Below, piece by piece: positions 1 through 9,681 of a stretch of 64,000 bases of DNA. This DNA is from Cyanobacteriota bacterium (GTDB taxonomy: Bacteria; Cyanobacteriota; Cyanobacteriia; Thermostichales; Thermostichaceae): contig JANRIL010000020.1 of assembly GCA_033764955.1 (NCBI GenBank), positions 104,621-168,620 on the forward strand, read 5' to 3'. Position 1 is the stretch's first letter, and every line of letters begins with the position of its first letter. The notes beneath the pieces are model-generated. The model did not search any database, had not been told where the DNA came from, and saw only the letters and a program-made list of their open reading frames with translations. Both the position numbers and the translations under genes were made by a program.

Positions 1-482
1 TCTCCAATCAACCCCCCTAGGGTATTGGTGCCTAGGTCAAACTCGTGGTTGCCCAAAGCTCCGGCCTGAAAGCCAATGGCGGTATTGATCACATAATCCG
101 CTTCACCCCCTGTGGCATTAAAGAAGGGGCCAGGAATGATCACATCTCCTGAGGTGAGCAGGAGGTTGTTGGCAAATTGGGGAAGTAAGCCATTCACCAC
201 CGAGGAAAAACGGGGGGCATCTTCGATGGCGGCAACACCTGCCTCTTGGTCAGCCGCGTGTAAAATCTGCACCGTAAAAGCGGCAGGAGAAGCCGAAAGA
301 GTGGCATTGGGATCGCTCTCAAAAACGGTACCGCCGCTGCCAGGGCTGACTCCGGTAGCATTATCGCCACAGGCTGCTAGGGTTAAAGCTGGTGCTAGTC
401 CGGCTAGAAGCAAACCAAGGGTGGTCAGACAGCGTTGCCCCAAGGACTTGCTTGCAGGCTGGGGGGTCAATTTTGCATTCAT
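1..482 (-). CDS. Lipoprotein 5'-nucleotidase / alkaline-phosphatase-type metallophosphoesterase (N-terminal part; runs off the window edge)
   Basis: Not in the ORF track. Manual translation from ATG 482 gives MNAKLTPQ...LAPALTLAAC (lipobox)...FTVQILHAADQE...LTSGDVIIPGPFF...ALGNHEFDLG, the calcineurin-like 5'-nucleotidase motifs. Confidence 0.85.
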   Translation of the reverse strand, partial: MNAKLTPQPASKSLGQRCLTTLGLLLAGLAPALTLAACGDNATGVSPGSGGTVFESDPNATLSASPAAFTVQILHAADQEAGVAAIEDAPRFSSVVNGLLPQFANNLLLTSGDVIIPGPFFNATGGEADYVINTAIGFQAGALGNHEFDLGTNTLGGLIG

Positions 483-555
483 GGCTAAGAGTTCCCGTCA
501 CAATACCTCACTGGCAATAGGCTAACAGGGATCCCTGGTTATCTTGTTTATTAAG

Positions 556-585
556 CTCTTAAAGAAAGTTTAAGTAACTATTAAC
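556..585 (-). promoter_or_regulatory. Putative Pho box (SphR/PhoB site), three 8-bp repeats at an 11-bp period
   Basis: Minus strand reads GTTAATAG-tta-CTTAAACT-ttc-TTTAAGAG. This fits the cyanobacterial YTTAAYYW-N3 tandem consensus and lies ~75 bp upstream of a phosphatase. Confidence 0.65.
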
Positions 586-601
586 AATGTAATCTGACAG
601 T

Positions 602-928
602 TTAGGTGGCTGAAGCCCCCGGCAGTAGCCGTAATCGAATCCTACTCTTCAGAGTGCGAGGTTCAGTTGCAATGCAATCACTGTCCTTTGTCATCATCAC
701 AGCATTTTCATCTTGTGCTGCTTCAAAAACTTCAACATCTTGAGTATCTCGAAGGGATAACTCTCGCAGCGCAGATACTTCTAACCCAAAGGTTGATGAT
801 AGCCAGTTTGCTAGCGTTGGAGGTAACTGGGTATCAACCCAAATCTTCATCTCTCGAATGCAGGGACAACCACCACACTGACCAGGGGTTTGGGTAGTGC
901 GGCTAAGCAAATTGGCTGTTGCGTTCAT
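602..928 (-). pseudogene. Collapsed DUF433 antitoxin / DUF5615 PIN-toxin pair (in-frame deletion fusion, 3' truncated)
   Basis: N-terminus LLSRTTQTPGQCGGCPCIRE resembles the start of DUF433. It is followed directly by MKIWVDTQLP...D.EVFEAA...MTKDSD, the first half of DUF5615, then unrelated sequence. Confidence 0.7.
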
Positions 929-989
929 GATGAGGTGTTAAGCTATTCTGTCTACTTCCATCTTATTGAGTAATCATGATGCACCTGCC

Positions 990-1075
990 AGCCAACAGGT
1001 TACAGCAGCGGAGAGTGCTGATCTCGATGTTGGGCTGCTTGATATCCTGTTGGGGACGGTGCTTGGATGTTATCT
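990..1075 (+). repeat. Degenerate integron attC-like site
   Basis: AGCCAAC (R'') ... GCAGCGG ... ACGGTGC-TTGGA-T-GTTATCT (R'). Same architecture, same GTTATCTG end and nearly the same length as the site at 1803-1889. Confidence 0.4.
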
Positions 1076-1121
1076 GTGAGCCTCTTGTGCTGTGATAGAT
1101 TAAGCGTCAAACAAGTAGTTT

Positions 1122-1445
1122 ATGCAAGCGATGCCTGTACAAACGAAAGCCCAAGTGCTAGCTCTGCTCCAGGAGTATCACCAAGAGTTACACCGCTTGG
1201 GAGTGAGACGTTGCGGCGTTTTTGGTTCGTTTGCCCGTAACACTACAATTCACCCTCAAAGTGATGTTGATATTTTGGTTGCTTTTGATCCAGACCAGAA
1301 AACGTTTGATAACTTTATACACTTATCCTTTTTTCTAGAAGATCTTTTTGGTAGAGCGGTTGGCCTCATTACTATAGAATCATTGAGTCCTTATATTGGC
1401 CCGCGTATTTTAGCTGAGGTCGAGTATGCCTCCCTAGGCTCGTGA
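1122..1445 (+). CDS. Minimal nucleotidyltransferase (MNT/MntA) antitoxin
   Basis: GVFGSFAR...SDVDILV motif, 107 aa, overlapping a downstream HEPN gene. Confidence 0.85.
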   Translation: MQAMPVQTKAQVLALLQEYHQELHRLGVRRCGVFGSFARNTTIHPQSDVDILVAFDPDQKTFDNFIHLSFFLEDLFGRAVGLITIESLSPYIGPRILAEVEYASLGS

Positions 1446-1770
1446 ATATTTACAGCATATTCTTGATGAAACGACTTACATCATGACGAGTTCTACGAGT
1501 TTAGACAAGACGAAATTTATGCAAGATGAAACGCTGAAGCGTGCTTAGGCTCGTAGTATTGAAGTAATCGGTGAAGCGGTCAAACAGTTGCCAGATGAGT
1601 TGCGTCAAAAATATGATGCTATTGAATGGCGGACTATGGCTGGGATGCGTGATCGATGGATTCATCACTACTTTGGTGTTGACTATGACATTGTTTGGGA
1701 TGTTGTAGTCAATAAAATCCTTGCACTGGATGCCGAAATTAGATTAATGCTTAAGCAGGAGTATCCGTAG
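1426..1770 (+). pseudogene. HepT/DUF86 HEPN ribonuclease toxin, inactivated by two in-frame TAG codons
   Basis: Frame from ATG 1426 reads MPP*AREYLQHILDE...LKRA*ARSIEVIGEAVKQLP...GMRDRWIHHYFGVD (RX4H motif). Stops are at 1435-1437 and 1546-1548. Confidence 0.85.
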
Positions 1771-1802
1771 GTCGGGCATTGAAAACAATGGTATGTGCAG
1801 CA

Positions 1803-1889
1803 TCCCAACAATCCCAAGGCATCGGAACAAAGTTATGCGATCGGTGAGTTGCCAAGGTTATCGGTGTCCGGTGATTGGGAACGTTATCT
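1803..1889 (+). repeat. Integron attC-like recombination site
   Basis: TCCCAAC (R'')-aa-TCCCAA-gg-CATCGGA ... TCCGGTG-a-TTGGGA-ac-GTTATCT (R'). AAC/GTT core, paired inner arms with bulges, 87 bp, just after the HEPN stop. Confidence 0.6.
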
Positions 1890-1953
1890 GCCACGGCTGA
1901 TTTGAGTGGTTACGAAGCTTTTGCGGATCCAGATAAGACAGGATTTAATAGCC

Positions 1954-2346
1954 CTAGAAAGAATCTGAATTCGGTTGAAGTGGAGGAAATTGAGCCAAGA
2001 TCAAGGGATCCCCTAGCCAGCCGTACTCCTGCAAAGAAATCCGCCCTTTCTCATCAAAGCGGATCCCTTCCGCCTCCAATAAAACCCGCTGCCATTGGTC
2101 ACTACCTAACCGAAACGGGGAGTAGGAAATGGATCCCTGAGCATTCACCACCCGTTGCCAGGGCACGGCAGAGTCCTCCCCCCGGCAGCGAAACAGGGCA
2201 TAACCCACTTGCCGAGCATAGCCGGGATAGCCGGCCCAAGCAGCTACTTGTCCATAGGTCGCCACTTTACCCGCCGGGATCCCCTGCACCACCGCATAAA
2301 TGTGGGCATAGAGGCGGGAACGGGGTGAGGAGGGGTGGGAATTCAT
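1954..2346 (-). CDS. MGMT-family alkyltransferase-like (ATL/YbaZ) DNA-binding protein
   Basis: IPAGKVATYGQVA...ARQVGYAL...VPWQRVVNAQG, with W in place of the catalytic Cys of PCHR. Start moved to the internal ATG. Confidence 0.85.
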   Translation of the reverse strand: MNSHPSSPRSRLYAHIYAVVQGIPAGKVATYGQVAAWAGYPGYARQVGYALFRCRGEDSAVPWQRVVNAQGSISYSPFRLGSDQWQRVLLEAEGIRFDEKGRISLQEYGWLGDPLILAQFPPLQPNSDSF

Positions 2347-2396
2347 AAGTATGATGATCCCATATCCCAAGCTAAGGGGAAACTCCCCGGATCCCA

Positions 2397-2660
2397 ATGA
2401 ACGGTATTGCCCCGTTTCCGATACACCTAAAATTGTTTGCCATCTATCAAGAGGTGATTGGCAGCCCCGAACTCACCCTGCTGGTGTCACCGGGTACCTC
2501 CGTTCAGCAACTTTGTGATGAGTTAATCGAGCAATATCCCGTGCTAGCCCGTTGGAAAACTCAAACCCGTTTTGGGGTCAACCTTAGTTTTGTCGAGGGA
2601 GACACGCTCCTGCAACCTGAGGATGAAGTGGTGCTGATCCCACCAGTGAGTGGCGGCTAA
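2397..2660 (+). CDS. moaD: Molybdopterin synthase sulfur carrier MoaD
   Basis: 87 aa, LFA near the N-terminus, C-terminal DEVVLIPPVSGG. Confidence 0.9.
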   Translation: MNGIAPFPIHLKLFAIYQEVIGSPELTLLVSPGTSVQQLCDELIEQYPVLARWKTQTRFGVNLSFVEGDTLLQPEDEVVLIPPVSGG

Positions 2661-2795
2661 ATCCCCTCAGAATCTTGAGAATTTGTTGACTTTCGGGTTG
2701 TTCTATCCTTTGATAACCGAATCTGGCCAGATCCAAGCGGAATGAGAGTGTTACGATGGCACTCAATAAAAGCAAAATGAAAGGCAGAATCCACA

Positions 2796-4931
2796 ATGGC
2801 GGAATATACAAAGTCAATTTCCTTTTATGGACGGGAAATTGATGTCAATATTGGCTTGCTCGCTCCTCAGGCAGGGTGCGGAGCCTGGTTAACGTCGGGA
2901 GAAACGTCTATTTTGGTCACCGCCACTCGTCAGCCGGGACGGCCTGGGATCGATTTTATGCCGCTGCTGGTGGACTACGAAGAGCGCCTCTATGCGGCAG
3001 GGCGGATTCCGGGGGGATATCTGCGGCGGGAAGGTCGCCCACCGGAACGAGCCACGCTGATCTCCCGCCTGATCGACCGTCCGATTCGTCCACTTTTTCC
3101 AGAATGGCTGCGGGATGATGTGCAGATTGTGGCCACAACCCTCTCGGTGGATGACAAAGTTCCCCCCGATACCCTCTGTATTTTAGGGGCTTCTCTGGCG
3201 ATCCGCCTGGCCGGGATCCCTTTTATGGGTCCGGTGGCCGCCGTGCGGGTGGGGCTGGTGGAAGATGAATTTATCATTAACCCGACCTACGCCGAAGTAG
3301 AGGCAGGGGATTTGGATCTGGTCGTGGCGGGAACGGCGGAAGGGATCATCATGGTGGAGGCAGGGGCGAATGAACTGCCGGAAAAAGACGTGATCGAGGC
3401 AATCGAGTTTGGCTATGAGGCCATTCAGGAGTTATTGGCCGCCCAAAACCAAATTTTTGCCGATCTGGAATCCCCCGCTGAACAGGGATCCCCCCCTGCA
3501 CCCAACCTGGAGCTAGCCAGCTTTGTGGCGGAACATAGCCAGGTTCAAATCAAAGCGATTCTCAAACAGTTCCTCGATAAAACCTCCCGCGATAGCCAAC
3601 TGGATGCCCTCAAGGATTCCTTAACCAGCCTGGTCGAGGCAAGACCGGAAATGGATCCCCTGCGAGTGCTGCTCACCGAAAACCCCAAAGACCTGGATGC
3701 TGCCTTCAAATCTCTCGTGAAAAAGCAGATGCGGCTGCAAATTATTGAAGAGGGAGTGCGGGTGGATGGACGCAAGCTGGATGAGGTACGTCCCATTCAA
3801 TCGAAGGTGGGGCTGATCCCCCGTGTGCATGGCAGCGGCTTATTTACCCGGGGGCTGACGCAGGTGTTGTCGATTGTTACCCTGGGCACACCGGGGGATG
3901 CTCAGGAGCTAGATGATCTGCACCCCACCGACGAAAAACGTTACCTGCACCACTACAACTTTCCCGCCTTTTCAGTGGGAGAAACCAAACCCTCCCGCTC
4001 CCCCGGACGGCGGGAAATTGGGCATGGGGCATTGGCAGAGCGGGCTTTGGTTCCGGTTTTACCCAGCCAAGAGGACTTCGCCTATGTAATTCGTGTCGTT
4101 TCTGAGGTGCTCTCCTCCAACGGTTCCACCTCGATGGGATCCGTCTGTGGTTCCACCCTCTCCCTGATGGATGCGGGCGTTCCCCTAAAAGCTCCCGTCA
4201 GCGGGGTGGCGATGGGCTTGATCAAAGAGGGGGATGAGATCCGCATTCTGACGGATATTCAGGGCATTGAAGACTTTTTGGGGGATATGGACTTTAAGGT
4301 GGCGGGCACCACCCAGGGCATCACCGCCCTGCAAATGGACATGAAGATCACGGGCATTCAGGTCGATACCATCGAAAAAGCCGTCATTCAGGCCGGAGCC
4401 GGTCGCCAGTTTATTTTGGAAAAAATGCTGGAAACCATCGGCACTCCGCGGCGTCAGTTGGCCGCCTCTGCCCCCCGTCTGCTCAGCTTCCGTGTCGATC
4501 CCGATGATATCGGAAAGATTATTGGGCCAGGGGGCAAGATGATCCGCAGCATCACCGAAGCCACCGGAGCCAAGATCGATATCGCCGATGATGGCACGGT
4601 GACAGTAGCGTCTTCCCAGGGATCCCAGGCCGAGAACGCCCAACGCATGATCGAAGATCTCTTGCGGCGAGTGGAAGAAGGCCAGGTGTATTTGGGGAAA
4701 GTCACCCGTATCATGCCGTTTGGGGCGATTGTGGAGTTCTTGCCAGGAAAAGATGGCATGGTGCATATTTCCCAATTGGCTGACTATCGCGTGGGTAAGG
4801 TAGAGGATGAAGTCGCGGTAGGAGATGAAGTAGTGGTGAAGGTACAGGGCATCGACCGTGGCAAAGTCAAACTCACCCGCCTGGGGATCAGTCCCGAAGA
4901 AGCCGCCCAAGCCCGTGCCCAATCCAGCTAA
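2796..4931 (+). CDS. pnp: Polyribonucleotide nucleotidyltransferase (PNPase)
   Basis: [23 protein letters not shown] and GDMDFKVAG motifs; KH and S1 domains. Confidence 0.98.
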   Translation: MAEYTKSISFYGREIDVNIGLLAPQAGCGAWLTSGETSILVTATRQPGRPGIDFMPLLVDYEERLYAAGRIPGGYLRREGRPPERATLISRLIDRPIRPLFPEWLRDDVQIVATTLSVDDKVPPDTLCILGASLAIRLAGIPFMGPVAAVRVGLVEDEFIINPTYAEVEAGDLDLVVAGTAEGIIMVEAGANELPEKDVIEAIEFGYEAIQELLAAQNQIFADLESPAEQGSPPAPNLELASFVAEHSQVQIKAILKQFLDKTSRDSQLDALKDSLTSLVEARPEMDPLRVLLTENPKDLDAAFKSLVKKQMRLQIIEEGVRVDGRKLDEVRPIQSKVGLIPRVHGSGLFTRGLTQVLSIVTLGTPGDAQELDDLHPTDEKRYLHHYNFPAFSVGETKPSRSPGRREIGHGALAERALVPVLPSQEDFAYVIRVVSEVLSSNGSTSMGSVCGSTLSLMDAGVPLKAPVSGVAMGLIKEGDEIRILTDIQGIEDFLGDMDFKVAGTTQGITALQMDMKITGIQVDTIEKAVIQAGAGRQFILEKMLETIGTPRRQLAASAPRLLSFRVDPDDIGKIIGPGGKMIRSITEATGAKIDIADDGTVTVASSQGSQAENAQRMIEDLLRRVEEGQVYLGKVTRIMPFGAIVEFLPGKDGMVHISQLADYRVGKVEDEVAVGDEVVVKVQGIDRGKVKLTRLGISPEEAAQARAQSS

Positions 4932-4988
4932 GCGGGATCCCTTCCGCCTGCCGAGTCCGCCATTCAGCCAATCGATCGGTAGGAAACC

Positions 4989-7061
4989 GTGATGAAGCAG
5001 GCATCCCAGCGGCATCCACTCTGGCAGGGCATCAATTTCCTCCAGCATCGTCAACCCTCAGGAAGTTGGCAATGGCGGCGCATTCCCTGGGGGTTAGCCT
5101 GGGGAGTTGGCTGGGGAACCCTGCTCTGCTTGACCTCCTCTGGCCCCCTCCTTTACCGCCTGGAGAGCGATGCCCGCCAAGCCCTGTTTCGCCTGCGGGG
5201 ATCCCAAACCGTCGCCCCTGAAGTAGTGGTCGTGGGCATCGACGGCAAGATCGAGGGCAGCAACCAGACGATTGACTTTTTGTTGGATCGAGCCAATTAC
5301 GCTGGCTTGACCCTAAAACTGCTGCAAGCAGCGCAGGCCAAAGTGGTGGTCTTAAATTTGCCCAGCAGCTTTGTCGTACCCCAAACCCTTGGCAATGAAG
5401 ATCTCGATGCCCCTCTGCGGCAACTGGTTCAGCAATATCCTGACCAATTGGTGCTAGCCACCCGCAGCAGTGAAAGTTTTCGTCAAGCCGAAATTAGCAT
5501 CTACAACCAATTCCTGCCGTTTTCTTCGTTGTTGTTGGAGTATTTGGTTCCCCCCGAAGAAGTGCAGGGGGTCGTGCAATATCGGCTGGATGCCGCCGGG
5601 GTTTTGCGGCAAGCCTATTTGTGGGGGAACTATATTCGACGGGATAGCCAGACCTTACAGGGGTTTGCCTCCGTGGAGGCGCTGGCGATTGCCAAACTTG
5701 ACCGAGAACGCGCTCGTCAACTCTTCCGTCCCGGTCGGCAACGGCTAGAGTTTAACCCCCTTGAGGCGGAGGCCGGTATCCCGATTCTGCCTATCGAAGC
5801 CCTTTGTCCGCCCCCCCCTATCAATAACTGTAGTGATCCCCAAACCGAACAGGTCTTGGATCCCGACCTGAAGCGCCAACTGCAAGGCAAGATTGTTTTG
5901 GTGGGATTTGTGGATGGCTATACGGAAACCTTTCCGGTGCGAATTGCCAATGGCCGACAGGTGGCGGCTGTGGAACTTCAAGCTCAAATTATTTCCAGTC
6001 TGCTGCAAGGCACACAATACCACTCAATTCCTGTGGGGTTATCCTGGCTGGTGATTGAGCTGTCCGCCATCCTGACGGGGGTATCCCTAGCCGCCAATGG
6101 GCAACGACTACGCCTAAGATGGCGGCACCTGATAGGACAACAGCGGTTGATGTGGCCGCTTGCGGCGCTATTGGTCTATCTTGCCTGGGCTGTAGCTCAA
6201 TTTTTCTTTTGGCGACAGATCTGGCCCCTCACCCTGCCCTTTTTGGCCTGCGGCTTTACTATGCTAAGTGTAGTGCTGGCTTTGGTGCTGCTGCAAAATC
6301 GGGATCGCTTGATTGCTCAACAACTGGAATTGGAACAACTGCGGCGGGTGGAGCAGGAAGCGATTACCGATCAAGCCCGCAAACTCCTCTATCGGGTGGC
6401 TACCGACATTCATGATCAGGAGCTACAAGAACTAAAGCTAGTCATGGATGCTCTGGAAAGTTGGCAATGGCAGCAAACCCAGGGTCAACCCCCCGACCTT
6501 TCGCAATATGATCCCCTCCTGGCTCAACTGGAAGGCATTGGCCAAGGGATCCGCGACCAACTCAATGATGTGCGAACCCTCGCCAGCAAATTGAGTATTT
6601 CTCCTACCCTGCGGGAGGGACTGCATCAAGGGATGGATCACTATCTGAATGGGCTGATCGAAGTGGGGATGCTCACCCTACCCCTCAAGCGACACCTGCA
6701 ACCCCTGCAAGAAGCTCCCACGAGCGAGTGGTTGGATGCGCGGGAGGATATCATGCGCTTTTTGCGGGAAGCCATGGCTAACGTGATCGGGCATGTGCAA
6801 CCCCCCAAGGGCACCGCCACTTTTGTCGAAGTCAAGCTGACCCAGCGCCAACACCACTGTCAACTGCTCGTCATTAACGATGGGGTTGAGTTAGCCACCA
6901 CCCGTCGCGGCGGATACGGCAGCAAAGCCATGAATACCATTGCCAGTTATTTACCCAAGGGATCCTGGCAGCGCACCCTCCTCCCCAACCACCTCACCTG
7001 TGTGGAACTCCACTGGGAAATGCCGGAAATACCCAGCGGGGATCCCCCCACCGATTTTTGA
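4989..7061 (+). CDS. CHASE2-domain membrane sensor histidine kinase (HisKA_3/NarX-like core), orphan
   Basis: TM, CHASE2-like domain (VVVVGID...GKIVLVG), three TM helices, then ATDIHDQELQ (H box), EAMANVIGH (N box), VINDG and GGYG. Confidence 0.75.
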   Translation: MMKQASQRHPLWQGINFLQHRQPSGSWQWRRIPWGLAWGVGWGTLLCLTSSGPLLYRLESDARQALFRLRGSQTVAPEVVVVGIDGKIEGSNQTIDFLLDRANYAGLTLKLLQAAQAKVVVLNLPSSFVVPQTLGNEDLDAPLRQLVQQYPDQLVLATRSSESFRQAEISIYNQFLPFSSLLLEYLVPPEEVQGVVQYRLDAAGVLRQAYLWGNYIRRDSQTLQGFASVEALAIAKLDRERARQLFRPGRQRLEFNPLEAEAGIPILPIEALCPPPPINNCSDPQTEQVLDPDLKRQLQGKIVLVGFVDGYTETFPVRIANGRQVAAVELQAQIISSLLQGTQYHSIPVGLSWLVIELSAILTGVSLAANGQRLRLRWRHLIGQQRLMWPLAALLVYLAWAVAQFFFWRQIWPLTLPFLACGFTMLSVVLALVLLQNRDRLIAQQLELEQLRRVEQEAITDQARKLLYRVATDIHDQELQELKLVMDALESWQWQQTQGQPPDLSQYDPLLAQLEGIGQGIRDQLNDVRTLASKLSISPTLREGLHQGMDHYLNGLIEVGMLTLPLKRHLQPLQEAPTSEWLDAREDIMRFLREAMANVIGHVQPPKGTATFVEVKLTQRQHHCQLLVINDGVELATTRRGGYGSKAMNTIASYLPKGSWQRTLLPNHLTCVELHWEMPEIPSGDPPTDF

Positions 7062-7145
7062 AGGGATCCCTTTTGTCCTCCTCATTCCCAGTTAGCTCCA
7101 CGTGGAATGGCCAGAGGAGGCACTAGCGGTAGAGCTGCCAGCAAG

Positions 7146-7310
7146 TTATCCCCCCATATCTCAAGCTGTGGAAAACTCCCGCCAAACTCGGGATCATTCT
7201 CTGTGGAAAACTGACCTCCTGTGGAAAACCCCTGAAAAGCTGTGCAAAAGCCAGCTTTGCCTGTGGAAATGTTGGAAGGGTTTCTGGGCTGGATCCAAAC
7301 CTGTGGAAAA
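7146..7310. promoter_or_regulatory. DnaA-box cluster (oriC-like or DnaA-titration locus)
   Basis: TGTGGAAAA (=TTTTCCACA) at 7167, 7202, 7220 and 7302; TGTGCAAAA at 7241; TGTGGAAAT at 7262; an opposite-facing degenerate TTATCCCCC at 7146. Confidence 0.8.
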
Positions 7311-7318
7311 CTCTTAAT

Positions 7319-9613
7319 TCAGGATTGGGGGCTAGACTCCGGCAACAAACAGCCCATGGCATCGCAACCTGCTGGGCCTTCGGTAGCCAAAAAGCCCTGA
7401 TCATAGCGCCGTAAAGCCGCCAAAAAGTCCTGGGTGCGACGACGTTGCCGCACCTCCGCCGATAGGCGATCATAGGTAGGCTGATCAATCTTTTCAAAGG
7501 GCAGACGGGGGAAGGGGGCATCAAAACGCGCTAACAGAGCCGCACTCATGTAGCCTTCGTCCTGATCAATAGCCTGGTAGATGCGTTCTCCCAGGGCTTC
7601 AATCTCATCTTCCCGCAACTCGATAGTGGCACTAGTGTTATGGGTGGTGTAGTGCTGCTGCACCTGCATATAAAAGTCAAACTGAGCCAATGCTGAAAAC
7701 TTTTCGATCTCAATGTCAGAGGCTCCTGGGAGATTCGCCCACGGCACTTCCACTGGAATTTCTACCAGCCACTCACTGCATCGTGGGTCAAAGGGATCGT
7801 TTAACAAGTTGCCGCCCTCATCCTTATCCGATTGGGAGGGCACAATCGAATAGCCAAAGTCTAGGCAGGCCAGCGCCACTGGATCGTTTTTGCCAAAGGT
7901 AATACGGCGAATATAACGCTGCGCTTTGGGAGGATGCCAGCCTGCCGATGCCCCAGTTAAGAGGGACTTCGTTCCAGCCGGTTGCACGGTTGTACACCGA
8001 TTAGGCCGTGGCAGCCCGTGGCGATCGCAGTATTCCCAAACCACCTGATGCACGGTGTCCCGCCAGCGGGTGAGATAGGCTTGCTCCTCCTGCTTAAATT
8101 GCAAACCCGAAACGGTGAGGGGTCGGCCCGCCTCCCACCAGCGCAACCAGTCCACCCCAAACGCCTGCACAAAAAAGTCAAACAATCCCGTAAAAGAAAC
8201 CCCAACAATCGGATCCCGTAGACGAGATTTTTGATAGCGCGGCTCCATAAATTGGTGATTCAAGAGAGCCGCAACGGAAAGCGCCCCCGCCGAAAATGCC
8301 TCTATTTGTTGTTGATCGTTATGGGGGTGAATTTGATTGAGATGCACTTCGGCCAGATTGCAATGGAAATTGCTGCCGATGATTTCCCCGCAGGGATTTA
8401 GCCCATAGCGAGATAGCCGATCAGCGGCTTCCCCATCATCCATAGCGGGATCCAGGTTCTGTAACCACTCCTGTCCCTTTCCGGCAACATAAGCCTTTAG
8501 GAAATCAATCTTTTGAGTCTGGGTTGTGATTAAATCTCGGCTGGAACGGGCAATCGCCTCTCCTGCCCACTGAATCGCCCCTTCTCCAGAGAAATATTGC
8601 TTCCGCACGGCATCAATCGATTCCTGTCGCGTTGGTTTGCGGTGAAAAACACGGGTATGATTGGCCATCCGCAGGGCATCTCGTTCGGGGTCAATTCGCC
8701 AATTACCATCTTCCCCCTGCATCCAAAGCTGATCTTTGGCGGTAGCCGCCAGATGATCGTCGCTATCAAACTGGCGCATCCCAGCTGATCGACGAATATT
8801 ACCAGCCACAATGCAGGAAGCCGCCTCATCGATGAGCAAGCAACACTCCACCGAGTTGAGTTGACGCCCTACGGCTCGGTTCAAAATCGTGGCACACCGC
8901 TCGTAGAGGGTCGGTAGTTTGATGGGATTGGCGACCCCACCAAAGCCTTTTAGGGGTTCTCCGGCAGGTCGAACATCGCTCAAATCCACTGTCAGAAGGA
9001 TTTCACCCCCCAACTGCGGATCACTGGCTAATTCCATCAATACCTGATAGGAATCCACCCAGCCCCGCCGACTGTCCCCCACGCGGATCCCGACGTTGTG
9101 CCCTTGTATTTCTACCCGCGTCAGAGGGGAGCGCTGGGTTGGCGGTGTCGAGCCAATGGCTCCCCCTAGCCTGATGACTAATCGGTTAGTAATAGGGGGC
9201 AATTGCGAGATGTATTTGGGTTCCAGGATGGCTCCGGTGCCACATCCCATCATCGCCAAATCCATCATCAGGCCAAAAGCCCGCCAATCCACCACATTAG
9301 TGCTGGTGCAGTTATAGCCACCGGAAAAGTTCTCAGGTCTATGGATCCAATCGGTTCCCATCACCCAGAGGGCGCGTCCCGACATCAATGCCTTCAGTTG
9401 GCGCTGCATCCGATCCACTAACGCTCGCTCGTTGGGAGTAAACCTCCCCAACTGACTGATGTCTTGGATGGTACGGTCACAGACTTGATCCCAGGTTTCT
9501 CTGCCTTGATCCGCTTGTCGACGGCTGTAGGTTCTAAAAAAAACAGGATTCGCCGCCGGAGCAGACGGGGGAAACCCACTAACCAGCTTGACTTTTTCGA
9601 TATCACGCACCAT
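7319..9613 (-). CDS. nrdJ: Class II adenosylcobalamin-dependent ribonucleoside-triphosphate reductase
   Basis: GYNCTST, VAGNIRRSA, NPCGE, CNLAE, TTVQPAGT and C-terminal GCDAMGC cysteines; no intein. Confidence 0.95.
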   Translation of the reverse strand: MVRDIEKVKLVSGFPPSAPAANPVFFRTYSRRQADQGRETWDQVCDRTIQDISQLGRFTPNERALVDRMQRQLKALMSGRALWVMGTDWIHRPENFSGGYNCTSTNVVDWRAFGLMMDLAMMGCGTGAILEPKYISQLPPITNRLVIRLGGAIGSTPPTQRSPLTRVEIQGHNVGIRVGDSRRGWVDSYQVLMELASDPQLGGEILLTVDLSDVRPAGEPLKGFGGVANPIKLPTLYERCATILNRAVGRQLNSVECCLLIDEAASCIVAGNIRRSAGMRQFDSDDHLAATAKDQLWMQGEDGNWRIDPERDALRMANHTRVFHRKPTRQESIDAVRKQYFSGEGAIQWAGEAIARSSRDLITTQTQKIDFLKAYVAGKGQEWLQNLDPAMDDGEAADRLSRYGLNPCGEIIGSNFHCNLAEVHLNQIHPHNDQQQIEAFSAGALSVAALLNHQFMEPRYQKSRLRDPIVGVSFTGLFDFFVQAFGVDWLRWWEAGRPLTVSGLQFKQEEQAYLTRWRDTVHQVVWEYCDRHGLPRPNRCTTVQPAGTKSLLTGASAGWHPPKAQRYIRRITFGKNDPVALACLDFGYSIVPSQSDKDEGGNLLNDPFDPRCSEWLVEIPVEVPWANLPGASDIEIEKFSALAQFDFYMQVQQHYTTHNTSATIELREDEIEALGERIYQAIDQDEGYMSAALLARFDAPFPRLPFEKIDQPTYDRLSAEVRQRRRTQDFLAALRRYDQGFLATEGPAGCDAMGCLLPESSPQS

Positions 9614-9681
9614 GACCGTCTTGCCCCAGAAACTTTACGAAAAGCCAGGCAGGGATCCCACCTTGGCTATCCATACTATAC

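Noticed and set aside
112..525. 137-aa plus-strand ORF
   Set aside because: Antisense shadow of the minus-strand phosphatase. The same applies to most short overlapping ORFs in the track (e.g. 4185-5054, 44626-45447, 63621-63923).
7102..7317. 71-aa ORF with repeated VEN/LWK words; also considered as a CRISPR array
   Set aside because: The repetition comes from 9-bp DnaA boxes. The repeats are too short and irregularly spaced for CRISPR, and there are no cas genes.
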